Source of the DNA: a virus
Virus record (IMG/VR): IMGVR_UViG_3300044742_000375
Length of the DNA: 64,000 nt
Strand: one strand, 5' to 3'
Part shown: one piece after another, positions 7,025 to 16,342 of the stretch
How the letters are laid out: every line of letters starts with the position of its first letter
Position numbering within the stretch: the first letter of the stretch is position 1
Position numbers and translations under genes: made by a program
Notes under the pieces: generated by a model
Seen by the model: only the letters and a program-made list of their open reading frames with translations
Databases searched by the model: none
Told to the model about the DNA's origin: nothing

Positions 7025-7049
7025 TAATTGAAACCTTACGACGGGAGTG
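6956..7049 (+). repeat. 47-bp tandem duplication of gene 3' end plus junction motif
   Basis: ACCTCGCCGGTATTG(T/C)TGG(C/T)GATAATTGAAACCTTACGACGGGAG at 6956-7000 and 7003-7047; first copy has GGGAGAAA instead of GGGAGTGA, so its stop is lost. Confidence 0.85.
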
Positions 7050-7053
7050 AGAC

Positions 7054-7077
7054 CCGCTCAGCTGGGCTGAGCGGTTT
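7054..7077 (+). terminator. hairpin CCGCTCAGC-TGG-GCTGAGCGG followed by TTT
   Basis: 9-bp stem read in sequence between the small-gene cluster and the AAA+ ATPase gene. Confidence 0.45.
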
Positions 7078-7108
7078 CGAACGACCGGGATCAACAAGGA
7101 GTGAACGA

Positions 7109-8278
7109 ATGAACCTCAATCAGGCTGTACAGGTCATCACGCGCACGCATATCGCGGCGCTGAGCGCGGGCCATCGGGCCAACGCCATCGAACTCAAGTC
7201 GGGCCCCGGCGTCGGCAAGTCCAGCGCCATCGACCAGGTATGCGCTCTGTTGGCGCGAATGCTGAACGAGCCCGTTGGGCTCACCGTCGAGATGCTCGCC
7301 ACCATCCAGAGCATCGACATACGCGGGTTCATGATCCCGCAGAAAACCAGCGACGGTAAGTTGGGCACGATCTTCTCGACCCCGCCATGGTATCCCACCG
7401 CGTTGAATACCATCGTGTTCACGCCCGACGGTAGGAAGTATCTCAAGGGCGAGTGGACCGGACCGACGCCGCGCGTGGGCATCACTTTCCTCGACGAGTT
7501 CGGTCAGGCCGACGACGACTGCAAGAAAGCCGCCGCCGAACTGGTGCTGCATGGCGAGGTGGGCAACACGCGCCTGCCCCAGGGATGGCGCGTCATCGCC
7601 GCCAGCAACCGCCTGAGCGACCGGGCCGGTGTCATGCGCGCGCTGACCTTCGTGACCAACAGGCGGATGGAGATACTCGTGGAGGGCCACCTGCCGACGT
7701 GGAACGATTGGGTGGACGGGCTCGATATCGCCGAACAGCCGCATCACCTGACCGTGAGTTTCGCGAACAAGTCCCCGGACCTGGTATTTCGCGACGCCGT
7801 GCCGCCCGGTGACGGTCCTTTTTGCACGCCGCGCACGCTCGTGCTGATGGACCGGGATCTTCGGGCACTACGTAGTAAAGAGGAGGTGGTTTCGGGTCGG
7901 CTGCCCATGGACGCCGTCGCGCGCGAGGTATGCTCGGGCTGGATCGGCGGCGGCGAGTCCGCGCAGTATTTCACTCACATCAGGTTCGCGGATTTGCTAC
8001 CGGATATCGCGGACATCGAGAAAGATCCCATGACCGCGAAACTTCCCGCCGCGCGTGACGCGCAGATGGTGTGCGCCTATATGTTGGCGCATAACGTCTC
8101 ACCAACCAACGGAGACAAAATCATCAGGTATATCAATCGTCTCAACATCGAGATGCAAACCCTGGCGGTGCAGACCATCACCAAACAGCCCCAGCGGGGC
8201 AAGATGGTGGCGAACTCGCCGATGTTCACGAAATGGCTGATCGACCACAAAGACCTTCTGATCGCGGCGCACGCGTGA
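7109..8278 (+). CDS. MoxR-like AAA+ ATPase
   Basis: in frame with track ORF 7028-8278; ATG after AAGGAGTGAACGA; Walker A GPGVGKS, Walker B ITFLDEF. Confidence 0.85.
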   Translation: MNLNQAVQVITRTHIAALSAGHRANAIELKSGPGVGKSSAIDQVCALLARMLNEPVGLTVEMLATIQSIDIRGFMIPQKTSDGKLGTIFSTPPWYPTALNTIVFTPDGRKYLKGEWTGPTPRVGITFLDEFGQADDDCKKAAAELVLHGEVGNTRLPQGWRVIAASNRLSDRAGVMRALTFVTNRRMEILVEGHLPTWNDWVDGLDIAEQPHHLTVSFANKSPDLVFRDAVPPGDGPFCTPRTLVLMDRDLRALRSKEEVVSGRLPMDAVAREVCSGWIGGGESAQYFTHIRFADLLPDIADIEKDPMTAKLPAARDAQMVCAYMLAHNVSPTNGDKIIRYINRLNIEMQTLAVQTITKQPQRGKMVANSPMFTKWLIDHKDLLIAAHA

Positions 8279-8314
8279 GCCCACGCGATACAACCTTTAC
8301 GACGGGAGTGAATA

Positions 8315-8689
8315 ATGGGACCCAAACCTCTGTCGGCCATGGCCAACATCGCCGCCCAGCTGGCCGCGCACGACGACCACATCGAGGTATATATGTTCTG
8401 GTACGATTTCCGTCGCGACTATACGAAATTTCCCGACGCCGTGCTTGAGTCTCGCTCGGAGTTCCTGAGTTTCTGGGAAGAGGACGTGTTGATGCTGGCG
8501 ACCGGGTTCATCAGAGACGTGATGAACGCGCGGGCCGACGCGCTGGATGCCGCGATTTACGCGTCCGGGGAAAGGCCCTTGTTAGGTGTTCCGCTGGCCT
8601 GTCCGGTCGATGTCGGCGACGTCAACACATGGTTTGACAATGACGACGACTATCAGGGCGGTATCGTGCTTGTCCCGGTATCCCTGTGA
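8315..8689 (+). CDS. hypothetical protein (124 aa)
   Basis: track ORF; TTTACGACGGGAGTGAATA 8296-8314 then ATG. Confidence 0.65.
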   Translation: MGPKPLSAMANIAAQLAAHDDHIEVYMFWYDFRRDYTKFPDAVLESRSEFLSFWEEDVLMLATGFIRDVMNARADALDAAIYASGERPLLGVPLACPVDVGDVNTWFDNDDDYQGGIVLVPVSL

Positions 8690-8717
8690 CTACCGTCGTA
8701 AACAACAGGAGTGAACA

Positions 8718-9653
8718 ATGGATTCTATGAGCACTGCTACCGACGCACCCGTGGATGATACACTCAGGCGCGAGGATCTGACCGAGGCGGTGCGCGCCAC
8801 CGCGCTATTGGCGGATCTCACCATCCACCTGTGGTCCGGCGAGCGCACCGACCGCGCGTTGGGTGATAAGATCAAGAACGCCGAGGGCGCGGTCGGCAAC
8901 ACCGGACGCTACCTCAAGAACCTGCTGGCCGGTTGCGACGTCGAACTGAAGGACGTGAAAGCGTCCTACATGGCCGCGCGCGCCGCGCACTACCAACTCA
9001 CGCTGCCATGGGTGAGCAACGCCACGTCGCAGCGCCAGCAGGGACCCAGATTGCTGCCGAACATGCTGTTCGACCGCTACCTCAACGAGATGAGCAAGCT
9101 GCGGCGCGCGGCCATCGGCAAGCGGGATAATTTCGTGCTCGAATACCCGCGTCTCGTGGCCCAGGCCCAGAACAATCTCGCGGGCATGGCCAAGCCCGAG
9201 GACTATCCCGATCAGGAGGAAATAAGGGCATCGTTCAAACTCTCGTTCGACTTCCTGCCCATCCCCTCGGCGGGGGCGTTCCAGGGCCTGCCGGACGGCA
9301 TGCTGGAGCGCCTGGGTAATCAGCTGAGAGCGCGCCAGCTGGCCGCCGTGAACACCGCCCAGGCGGCCATGTGGGACCGTGTTCGCGAGGCGGTGGACAA
9401 TATGATCGAGCGGCTGGACGACCCGACCGCCATCTTCAAGGTGAACACCATCGACAACGTGCGTGAACTGATCACCCTGCTGCCCGGTTTCAACTGTGCC
9501 GGGGACGACCGGGTTAATACGGTAGTGGCCGATATCGACCGCATGCTGGACGGGATCACGCCGAAAATGCTCAGGCAATCGCAGGAGGCGCGCGCCGACG
9601 TGACACGACAGGCCAAGGCCATCAACGACAAACTCACATCATGGGGATTATGA
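8718..9653 (+). CDS. hypothetical protein (311 aa) between the ATPase and VWA genes
   Basis: track ORF; CAGGAGTGAACA then ATG; no catalytic motif recognised. Confidence 0.7.
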   Translation: MDSMSTATDAPVDDTLRREDLTEAVRATALLADLTIHLWSGERTDRALGDKIKNAEGAVGNTGRYLKNLLAGCDVELKDVKASYMAARAAHYQLTLPWVSNATSQRQQGPRLLPNMLFDRYLNEMSKLRRAAIGKRDNFVLEYPRLVAQAQNNLAGMAKPEDYPDQEEIRASFKLSFDFLPIPSAGAFQGLPDGMLERLGNQLRARQLAAVNTAQAAMWDRVREAVDNMIERLDDPTAIFKVNTIDNVRELITLLPGFNCAGDDRVNTVVADIDRMLDGITPKMLRQSQEARADVTRQAKAINDKLTSWGL

Positions 9654-9654
9654 C

Positions 9655-9900
9655 ATGGTAACGAATGAACGCGCGTCCGGCGGCAGGTTCGGCATGGTGC
9701 TCGCTGGCGGACCCGGCGAGGACAACTGGTACGACATCGTGTTCCACGAGCCGGGGCGGATGGACCGCGTGCTCGCGCGCCGCGCGCTGCACGATGACGC
9801 GGTGACGATAGTGGAAGGACTCAACCTGCGAGATGACCGCCGCAGGTTTTTCGACGCGCACCCCGACGCGAGGGAGTTGCCCATTCCAGGCGTGGAATAA
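9655..9900 (+). CDS. hypothetical protein (81 aa)
   Basis: track ORF; starts 1 nt after previous stop. Confidence 0.55.
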   Translation: MVTNERASGGRFGMVLAGGPGEDNWYDIVFHEPGRMDRVLARRALHDDAVTIVEGLNLRDDRRRFFDAHPDARELPIPGVE

Positions 9901-10061
9901 TGGACGACGATGAAAAACTAATAAACGCGGCTCATGAGTTCGTGGCGAGCATGATGCCGCGAGCGGACAGCTTGCCCTCTTTGACCGCGCGCGAGTGGGC
10001 GCTGCGTGAAGCGTTCATCGCCGGGGCTGTATGGCGAGAGGAAAACTTACGACAGGAGTGA
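9900..10061 (+). CDS. hypothetical small protein (53 aa)
   Basis: below cutoff; TAATG overlap; C-terminus ...NLRQE encoded by junction motif. Confidence 0.4.
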   Translation: MDDDEKLINAAHEFVASMMPRADSLPSLTAREWALREAFIAGAVWREENLRQE

Positions 10062-10064
10062 AAC

Positions 10065-11324
10065 ATGAGACAAGCGAAGCTGACGTCCCAGCAGGAGCAC
10101 GCGCTACAGGTGGCGCGTGTCGCCTTCATGACGCAGAGCCCGTTCTACAGCCACCTCTATTACAGTCTGGGCCGGGAGGTGATAACGCGGGATATCCCGA
10201 CCCTGGCGACCGACGGTCGTAACATTCTCATCAACCCGGATTACTTCTGCGGGTTCCCCGTGTCGAAGCAGGTGTTCATGCTGGCGCACGAGATGAGCCA
10301 TCTGGTGTGCGACCACCCACGCAGGATGACGTCCTACTTCAAGGCGAACAACCTGCGCGGGCTGCCTTACGACCAGAAGCTCGGCAATATCTGCGCCGAT
10401 TACGTGATCAACGCGGACCTGGTCGAGACCGGCGTCGGCGAGATCGACGAGGCATGGCTGTTCGACAAGGACATCAAGGGAAGCGAGCTATGGGAGGACG
10501 TCTACGAGCGGCTGTTCAAACAGGGACCCTGCCCGCCGCCGCCGAAGCGCAGGGGCAAGGGCGCCAGACAGGGCGGGCAGAAGCCCGACCAGCGGGCGTT
10601 GGACGGCGATGGGTCGTTTGACGAGGTTCTGGAGTCCCCCGTGGACCCGGTGACCGGCGAGGTCGATCTGCCCGACGTGAACGAGTTCAGGGAAGCGGTC
10701 GCGCGCGCGGTGAGCGTGGCCAAGGTCATGGGCAAGCTGCCGGGTTCGGTGCAACGTTTGGTTGACGCTATCCTCGCGCCTCAAATCGACTGGCGTGAGC
10801 ATGTGCGGCTGCTTATCACGGGCAAGGTGGGTTACCGGGGCGAGACGTGGACGAAACCCAACCGCAGGCGGCTGGTGATGCGGCCGATAACGATCATGCC
10901 GGGCCGGAACGGGTATGGCTGTAATACGGTAGTGGTCGGCGTGGATACCTCGGGCTCGGTCGGCGGCGACGAGATGAAAGTGTTCATGAGCGAACTGAAC
11001 GGCGTGCTGTGCGATGTGAGACCGAAGCGGATCGTGGTCATAGGGTGTGACCACGACGTCTCTCAGGTCGAGGACGTGTACTCGGTCGATGAGTTCGAGG
11101 CCCTGCGCGAGAAGGGTATCAAGGGTGGCGGCGGCACGCGCTTCGAGCCCGTGTTCGACTACGTGAGAGAGCACGACCTGCGGCCCGAGACGCTGATCTA
11201 TCTGACCGATATGCTGGGTACTTTCCCGACCGAAGCGCCCGCTTATCCGGTCATCTGGGCGGCGACGACGGACGCGAAAGCACCGTGGGGCGATATGGTG
11301 CGGATCAACATCAATCAGGAGTGA
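10065..11324 (+). CDS. VWA-domain protein with N-terminal putative metallopeptidase domain
   Basis: track ORF; HEMSH (HExxH) near N-terminus; MIDAS-like VGVDTSGS; ACTTACGACAGGAGTGAAAC then ATG. Confidence 0.85.
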   Translation: MRQAKLTSQQEHALQVARVAFMTQSPFYSHLYYSLGREVITRDIPTLATDGRNILINPDYFCGFPVSKQVFMLAHEMSHLVCDHPRRMTSYFKANNLRGLPYDQKLGNICADYVINADLVETGVGEIDEAWLFDKDIKGSELWEDVYERLFKQGPCPPPPKRRGKGARQGGQKPDQRALDGDGSFDEVLESPVDPVTGEVDLPDVNEFREAVARAVSVAKVMGKLPGSVQRLVDAILAPQIDWREHVRLLITGKVGYRGETWTKPNRRRLVMRPITIMPGRNGYGCNTVVVGVDTSGSVGGDEMKVFMSELNGVLCDVRPKRIVVIGCDHDVSQVEDVYSVDEFEALREKGIKGGGGTRFEPVFDYVREHDLRPETLIYLTDMLGTFPTEAPAYPVIWAATTDAKAPWGDMVRININQE

Positions 11325-11331
11325 GGGGCGC

Positions 11332-11760
11332 ATGGACGAAGTGAGGACGTTCCTGGTCGCGCAGCATGAGAAGCTGCGCGACCAGATTGATATGTTGCAC
11401 ACGCATATGCGTGTCATCCAGGGCATGCTCGACGACCTGCCCGAGACGGCGCCGAAAGTTACTCCGGTACTGACCCCGACATTAACGCCGATAGCGGTCG
11501 AGAAAGCGCCGCGCAAGAGCAAGAAGCGTGGCGCCTACAGGGCCAGGAACTACGAAGTGCCGACCGCTGCCCTGGTGCGGACCGCGCTGGAAGCGGCGGG
11601 CGAGGACGGACTGACGGCCAGGGAACTGGCCAACCTGACGGACATGCCCACGGGCACGGCGTCGGGGCGCCTGTCGGTGATGAAGCAGCAAGGGATGGTG
11701 ATGCACATCACGCCGAAATACTTCGCCGTGCACTCGCAGCCGCAGGATAACAACCAATGA
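11332..11760 (+). CDS. putative winged-helix DNA-binding protein
   Basis: track ORF; C-terminal LTARELANLTDMPTGTASGRLSVMKQQGMV resembles MarR-type wHTH. Confidence 0.55.
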   Translation: MDEVRTFLVAQHEKLRDQIDMLHTHMRVIQGMLDDLPETAPKVTPVLTPTLTPIAVEKAPRKSKKRGAYRARNYEVPTAALVRTALEAAGEDGLTARELANLTDMPTGTASGRLSVMKQQGMVMHITPKYFAVHSQPQDNNQ

Positions 11761-11879
11761 TGCGACCCATGATGGACTGGCTGTCCACCGTGAGTTTCGA
11801 TGCTTTCGACGCCACCATACTGATATGCATGGGCGTGCTTATCGGCGTGGGGATAGGACAACGTTTACGACGGGAGTGA
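11757..11879 (+). CDS. small membrane peptide (40 aa)
   Basis: below cutoff; ATGA overlap; ...ATILICMGVLIGVGIGQRLRRE, tail encoded by junction motif. Confidence 0.35.
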   Translation: MMRPMMDWLSTVSFDAFDATILICMGVLIGVGIGQRLRRE

Positions 11880-11885
11880 AACCAC

Positions 11886-12701
11886 ATGCCGAATTGGGAA
11901 CTGAACGATCAGGTCAGGAAATTCCTGCGCTATCGCGTGAACCATCTGGCGGACCGCACGCGCGACTACGCGCAGGCGGACTTCCCGCTCGACCAGGAGA
12001 CGCTCCAGATGCTGGTGATGGACCGTGAGCAGGTGATGACGATGCGGGATCTGGCGTTCAAGGGCGTTTCACTCCCGGCGTACAACCAGCAACGGCTCGG
12101 TTTCCTGCGCGAGCAGCTGCCGGGATTGTTGCGCGGCGTGACGGTGATGCTGGAGACGCCGAAGAATATGTACATGGCCCTGCCTCCGGAGTCCTACGCT
12201 CGTGACATCAGGCTCACGACCAACTCGCGGCAGTTCGCGCATCTCGACTTCGAGCGTGAACCCTTGCCGGATGAGAAGCGCGAAGCCCTGGTGTCATGGC
12301 TCAACCGGGCGGTGCGGCAGAAGCGTCTGGCCGAGATAACGCAATTCGCCACCACGCTTGTCCTGGAGAAACACGCCAAGACCTGCGCGCATCTGCATCG
12401 TATATGGCCCACGCTCGCCACGCTCATCAACAGCGTGGATGGCACTCTCACGCACAGGAGCAGGACGGGGGACAGGCTCTGGCATGATACGTGGAAGGAC
12501 AGGCTGCACGCGAGGCACCGGCCCCTGGCCATGTATGATCCCGATCCGAAGGTGATGGAGGAGATACGCCCGCTCATGAAAGCCGCCGACACCGTGCTCA
12601 CGGCGGGTATGATGCTGGCGCCCTATGAGACGGAGCCCGGCACGGTGAAGGCCGTGGTTGATTACTGGGAGGCGCTGCCGACGGACAAGAGGTATCCATG
12701 A
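11886..12701 (+). CDS. hypothetical protein (271 aa)
   Basis: track ORF; TTTACGACGGGAGTGAAACC 11864-11883 then ATG. Confidence 0.7.
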   Translation: MPNWELNDQVRKFLRYRVNHLADRTRDYAQADFPLDQETLQMLVMDREQVMTMRDLAFKGVSLPAYNQQRLGFLREQLPGLLRGVTVMLETPKNMYMALPPESYARDIRLTTNSRQFAHLDFEREPLPDEKREALVSWLNRAVRQKRLAEITQFATTLVLEKHAKTCAHLHRIWPTLATLINSVDGTLTHRSRTGDRLWHDTWKDRLHARHRPLAMYDPDPKVMEEIRPLMKAADTVLTAGMMLAPYETEPGTVKAVVDYWEALPTDKRYP

Positions 12702-14575
12702 TCATTACCATCGACTTCGAAACGTACTACGACAAAGCCTACTCACTCACCAGGATGAGCGAAGTGGACTACATCCTCGACCCGCGCTTCGAAGTGATCA
12801 TGTGTTCGATGAAGCTCGGCGACCGGCCCACCGAGGTATACGTGGGTGAGAAGGCGGTTAATACCGCCTTCTCGTGTATCGACTGGAGCAAGCACGCCGT
12901 GCTGGCCCACAACATGCGCTTCGACGGTGCCATACTGGCGTGGCGTTTCGGTATCGTTCCCGGTTTGTATCTGGACACGCTGGGCATGGCCAACGCGATA
13001 ACGAGGCCGCTGATCACGTATGGTTCGCTGGCCAAACTGGCGGCGTATTACGGGCTGGAGGCCAAGGGCACCACGGTACAGGACATGATGGGGCGCACGC
13101 TCGCCAGCCTGAGCGTCATGGAACGCACCGCCTACGCGAACTATTGCGCGCACGATACGGACCTGTGTCGCGCCATCTTCGACAAGTTCATCAAGGTGTT
13201 TCCCGCGAGCGAGCTACGGGTGCTGGACCTGTCCCTGCGCATGTTTACCCAGCCTCAGGCGAGACTCAATCCAAATAAACTGGCTGAGTATCTGAACCTG
13301 GTACAGGCCGAGAAGGCCGCGTCGTTCGCCCGCATGGCGCATATCCCGGAGGAAGTGTTCTCCTCGAACATTAAGTTCGCCGAGTTACTACGGTCGTATG
13401 GCGTCGAGCCGCCGATGAAGACGTCGCCCGCGACGGGGCAGCCCACCTTCGCGCTGGCCAAAAACGACCGGGAATTCAAGGATCTGTGCGCCGACCCCGA
13501 CATACCCCTGGACGCGCAGGTGGCGCTGGCGGTGCGCCTGGGTGCCAAGTCCACCATCGACGAGACACGCACCCTGACCCTGCTGAAGCTGGCCAGCTGG
13601 AACTGGGGGCTGGAGGGGGAAGCCTGGATGCCGGTGCCCTACAAATACTATGGCGCGCATACCGGGCGCTTCTCTGGCGACGGCGGGTACAACTTCGCCA
13701 ACCTGCGCCGGGGCTCACCCATAAGGGACGCCATCGAGGCCCCTGATGGTTTCCGCGTCGTGCACCGGGACTCATCGCAGATCGAGGCGCGCATGGTCGC
13801 GTGGCTGGCCGGGTGCGACAAGCTGGTCAAGGCGTTTCGCGAGGGACGCGACGTTTATTCCGAGTTCGCATGGAAGTTCTACGGTCGTGAAATCACCAGG
13901 GCCGACACGCTCGAACGCTTCACCGGCAAGACCGCGATCCTGAGCCTCGGCTATGGCGCGGGCCATGTGAAGTTCCGCCATGCCTTGTATATCGGCAATG
14001 GCGGCGTCAGCGTCGCCCTCGACATGGAGGAAGCCGTGAAGCTGGTGGACTTCTACCGGGAGGAGTACGCGCCGATCAAACAGTTATGGTGGCGCGGCAA
14101 CGCCGCGTTGAAACGAATGATCAACCCGCGCGACGTGCCCGACCCCGGCATCCCCGCCATCGAGATCGGCGCGGAGTGTGTCTACCTGCCCAACGGCATG
14201 GCCATCTCCTACCCGGATCTGAAAGAAGAGCCGGACGATGGCGTATGGGGGCGTAAGACGACTTATCGTGGCGTGTTCGGTGGCCCGCGCAAAATATATG
14301 GCGCTAAATTCATCGAGAATATCACTCAGGGCTTGGCACGGATCGTCGTTACGGACATCATGCTCCACGTGGACCGTGACACGGGGCATCGTCCGTTCAT
14401 GTCCACGTATGACAGTCATGACTACATCGTGCCGGAAAGCGAAGCGCGTGACTTCGATGCGGTATTGGAACGTGCTTTCGCCGTCGCCCCCACATGGGCA
14501 CCGGACCTTCCGCTGGCGAGCGAGGGGGGTTGGGGGCGCACATTATTGGAAGCCGAGAAAGGAGTGAACCAATGA
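12698..14575 (+). CDS. family A DNA polymerase with 3'-5' exonuclease domain
   Basis: track ORF; Exo motifs IDFETY, HNMRFD, YCAHD; pol motif A DSSQIEARM, motif B KTAILSLGYGAG; ATGA overlap upstream. Confidence 0.92.
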   Translation: MIITIDFETYYDKAYSLTRMSEVDYILDPRFEVIMCSMKLGDRPTEVYVGEKAVNTAFSCIDWSKHAVLAHNMRFDGAILAWRFGIVPGLYLDTLGMANAITRPLITYGSLAKLAAYYGLEAKGTTVQDMMGRTLASLSVMERTAYANYCAHDTDLCRAIFDKFIKVFPASELRVLDLSLRMFTQPQARLNPNKLAEYLNLVQAEKAASFARMAHIPEEVFSSNIKFAELLRSYGVEPPMKTSPATGQPTFALAKNDREFKDLCADPDIPLDAQVALAVRLGAKSTIDETRTLTLLKLASWNWGLEGEAWMPVPYKYYGAHTGRFSGDGGYNFANLRRGSPIRDAIEAPDGFRVVHRDSSQIEARMVAWLAGCDKLVKAFREGRDVYSEFAWKFYGREITRADTLERFTGKTAILSLGYGAGHVKFRHALYIGNGGVSVALDMEEAVKLVDFYREEYAPIKQLWWRGNAALKRMINPRDVPDPGIPAIEIGAECVYLPNGMAISYPDLKEEPDDGVWGRKTTYRGVFGGPRKIYGAKFIENITQGLARIVVTDIMLHVDRDTGHRPFMSTYDSHDYIVPESEARDFDAVLERAFAVAPTWAPDLPLASEGGWGRTLLEAEKGVNQ

Positions 14576-14751
14576 TCGACGTTCCCGAAGGTTTCGAGGA
14601 CTGTGCATGGGTATGCGAGTGTCGTAAGCCTGATGGTAGCACCGAAACGACTTTCTGGATTACCCAGGATGGGGCTTACGAGATGGAGACCGAGACGGAG
14701 CGGGCGTTCCCCGGAACGGTATGTGAGGTATTCCCCATAGTTGCATATTGA
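14572..14751 (+). CDS. hypothetical small Cys-containing protein (59 aa)
   Basis: in frame with track ORF 14494-14751; GGAGTGAACCA then ATG; ATGA overlap with polymerase stop. Confidence 0.45.
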   Translation: MIDVPEGFEDCAWVCECRKPDGSTETTFWITQDGAYEMETETERAFPGTVCEVFPIVAY

Positions 14752-14801
14752 CATTGCGCGAAATCTCCACGACGCTACTACCGTCGTAAAAGGAGAACCC
14801 A

Positions 14802-15848
14802 ATGCCCGATGCCGCTATTACCAACGTCCCACTCGACAAGATCGACATCAACCCCCACCGACGGCTCGGCGACTATCCTTATATCGAACGTAAGGTCGAG
14901 ACCCTCATGCGGTCCTACGCGGACATCGGCATGTGGCCCGGCGGGGTCGTCGCCCGTAAAGCAGGCAGCCGTTACCAACTGGCGTTCGGCCACCACCGTA
15001 AGGAAGCAGCGCGCCGTTCGGGTATGAAGACCATGGCGTTGACCATCATGGATCTGAGCGATGAGCAAATGCTCGGTTACATGGGCCGGGAAAACATGGA
15101 GGACTTCAACGCTGACTTCCTCGTGATGCTGGAAACCTGGGAAGCGGCACGGGACTTTTTACTAGGCCAGCCTAGTAAACCAACCCAACCCACTGAAATC
15201 GCGCGAGTTTTGGGTTGGACAGTGGTGAAAGCGAAGCAGAAAACAAACTTTCAGAACGACACCGCCACGGCATGTGTCGCCGCTTCTGAACTAATCGCCG
15301 AGAAGTTGATCCAGCGATCCGCTCTGGAGGGGCTGACGGTCAAGGAAGCACGTGAGGTGTGTGGTGGAGCGCGGAAGATCGCGCGGCAGATCACCGAGAT
15401 CAGTGAGCAGGTCGGCGCGAAAAAGGAAGACATCGCGGCGGCTCGCAAACAAGTCGGCAGGGCCGTGACGCGCACAATCGCGGACCTAAAAGACAAACAG
15501 GTTAAGGGCGTGACAGGGAAAAACCTGCGCGAGACCGTGGCCGTCAATACATATCGTTTCGCGAAAGAGGCCAGGAAGGAAAGCAAGGTCCCCTTGTTCG
15601 CCGTGTTCGCGAAATCGTTGGTGGAACAGATCGCGCGCTGGAACAACAGCGACACGGTTAAAGATAAGATCGACGAAATGGTCAAGGCATTGCCAAACCT
15701 CGAACTGTTGGAAGATCTTCAGGCACTCGACCGTGTGGTTCTGGCATTGGAACATTCCGTTATGCGTAATGAGGCCAGCATCAAGAAGTTGCGCGCCAAA
15801 CCGGCGGCGGTCGTGAAACTGCGCGCCATCGAGGGAGATCTGAAATGA
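14802..15848 (+). CDS. ParB-like nuclease-domain protein
   Basis: track ORF; ParB/Srx motif AFGHHRKEAARRSG in N-terminal domain. Confidence 0.8.
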   Translation: MPDAAITNVPLDKIDINPHRRLGDYPYIERKVETLMRSYADIGMWPGGVVARKAGSRYQLAFGHHRKEAARRSGMKTMALTIMDLSDEQMLGYMGRENMEDFNADFLVMLETWEAARDFLLGQPSKPTQPTEIARVLGWTVVKAKQKTNFQNDTATACVAASELIAEKLIQRSALEGLTVKEAREVCGGARKIARQITEISEQVGAKKEDIAAARKQVGRAVTRTIADLKDKQVKGVTGKNLRETVAVNTYRFAKEARKESKVPLFAVFAKSLVEQIARWNNSDTVKDKIDEMVKALPNLELLEDLQALDRVVLALEHSVMRNEASIKKLRAKPAAVVKLRAIEGDLK

Positions 15849-16342
15849 GCACCTACCTGCGCCGCACCGTGGCGGAACAATCCAAAATCTATCAGGCGAT
15901 CAAGGACCGGGCCGCTGAATATCTGGTGTTGCACACATGCTTTCGTAAAAGCGCCGTGATCGCCGACCTGAACCTGGAAGCGTTCGCCGACTCGATCCGC
16001 TGGGATTACATCCGCGATATGCTTCAGGATATACACAAGGACGTGGAGATCATCCCCATGGCCGAAGCCTTTTTCAAAGGTTACATCGAGGTGGATGGCG
16101 TCAAGCGGCAAAATACACCAGCGTTGCAGAAGCGGTTGCCTGAACGGTTCATCGCGTCGGGACACGGTAAGAAAGCCGCTGGTTATGTTCTGGCCGTGCC
16201 TGACAACGGGCACTTCGTCCTGAAGGTCATGAGCCATAAAAACGCCGTGGCGACGGGCACTCGCAAGGCCGCTGATAAGTTCACTCGCAACGCTCGGTTG
16301 GCTGGTGTACCCATGCCGGAACGCATCGAGGTATCGCGATGA
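15845..16342 (+). CDS. hypothetical protein (165 aa)
   Basis: track ORF; ATGA overlaps at both ends. Confidence 0.65.
   Translation: MSTYLRRTVAEQSKIYQAIKDRAAEYLVLHTCFRKSAVIADLNLEAFADSIRWDYIRDMLQDIHKDVEIIPMAEAFFKGYIEVDGVKRQNTPALQKRLPERFIASGHGKKAAGYVLAVPDNGHFVLKVMSHKNAVATGTRKAADKFTRNARLAGVPMPERIEVSR

Noticed and set aside
7028-7108. N-terminal extensions of several track ORFs: 7028, 53496, 57641, 37693, 60351, 60637, 6297, 6470, 20220, 24299 and 56045.
   Set aside because: The extensions overlap upstream genes or repeats and are Arg-rich. Internal ATG or GTG codons have proper RBSs or ATGA/GTGA coupling to the preceding stop.
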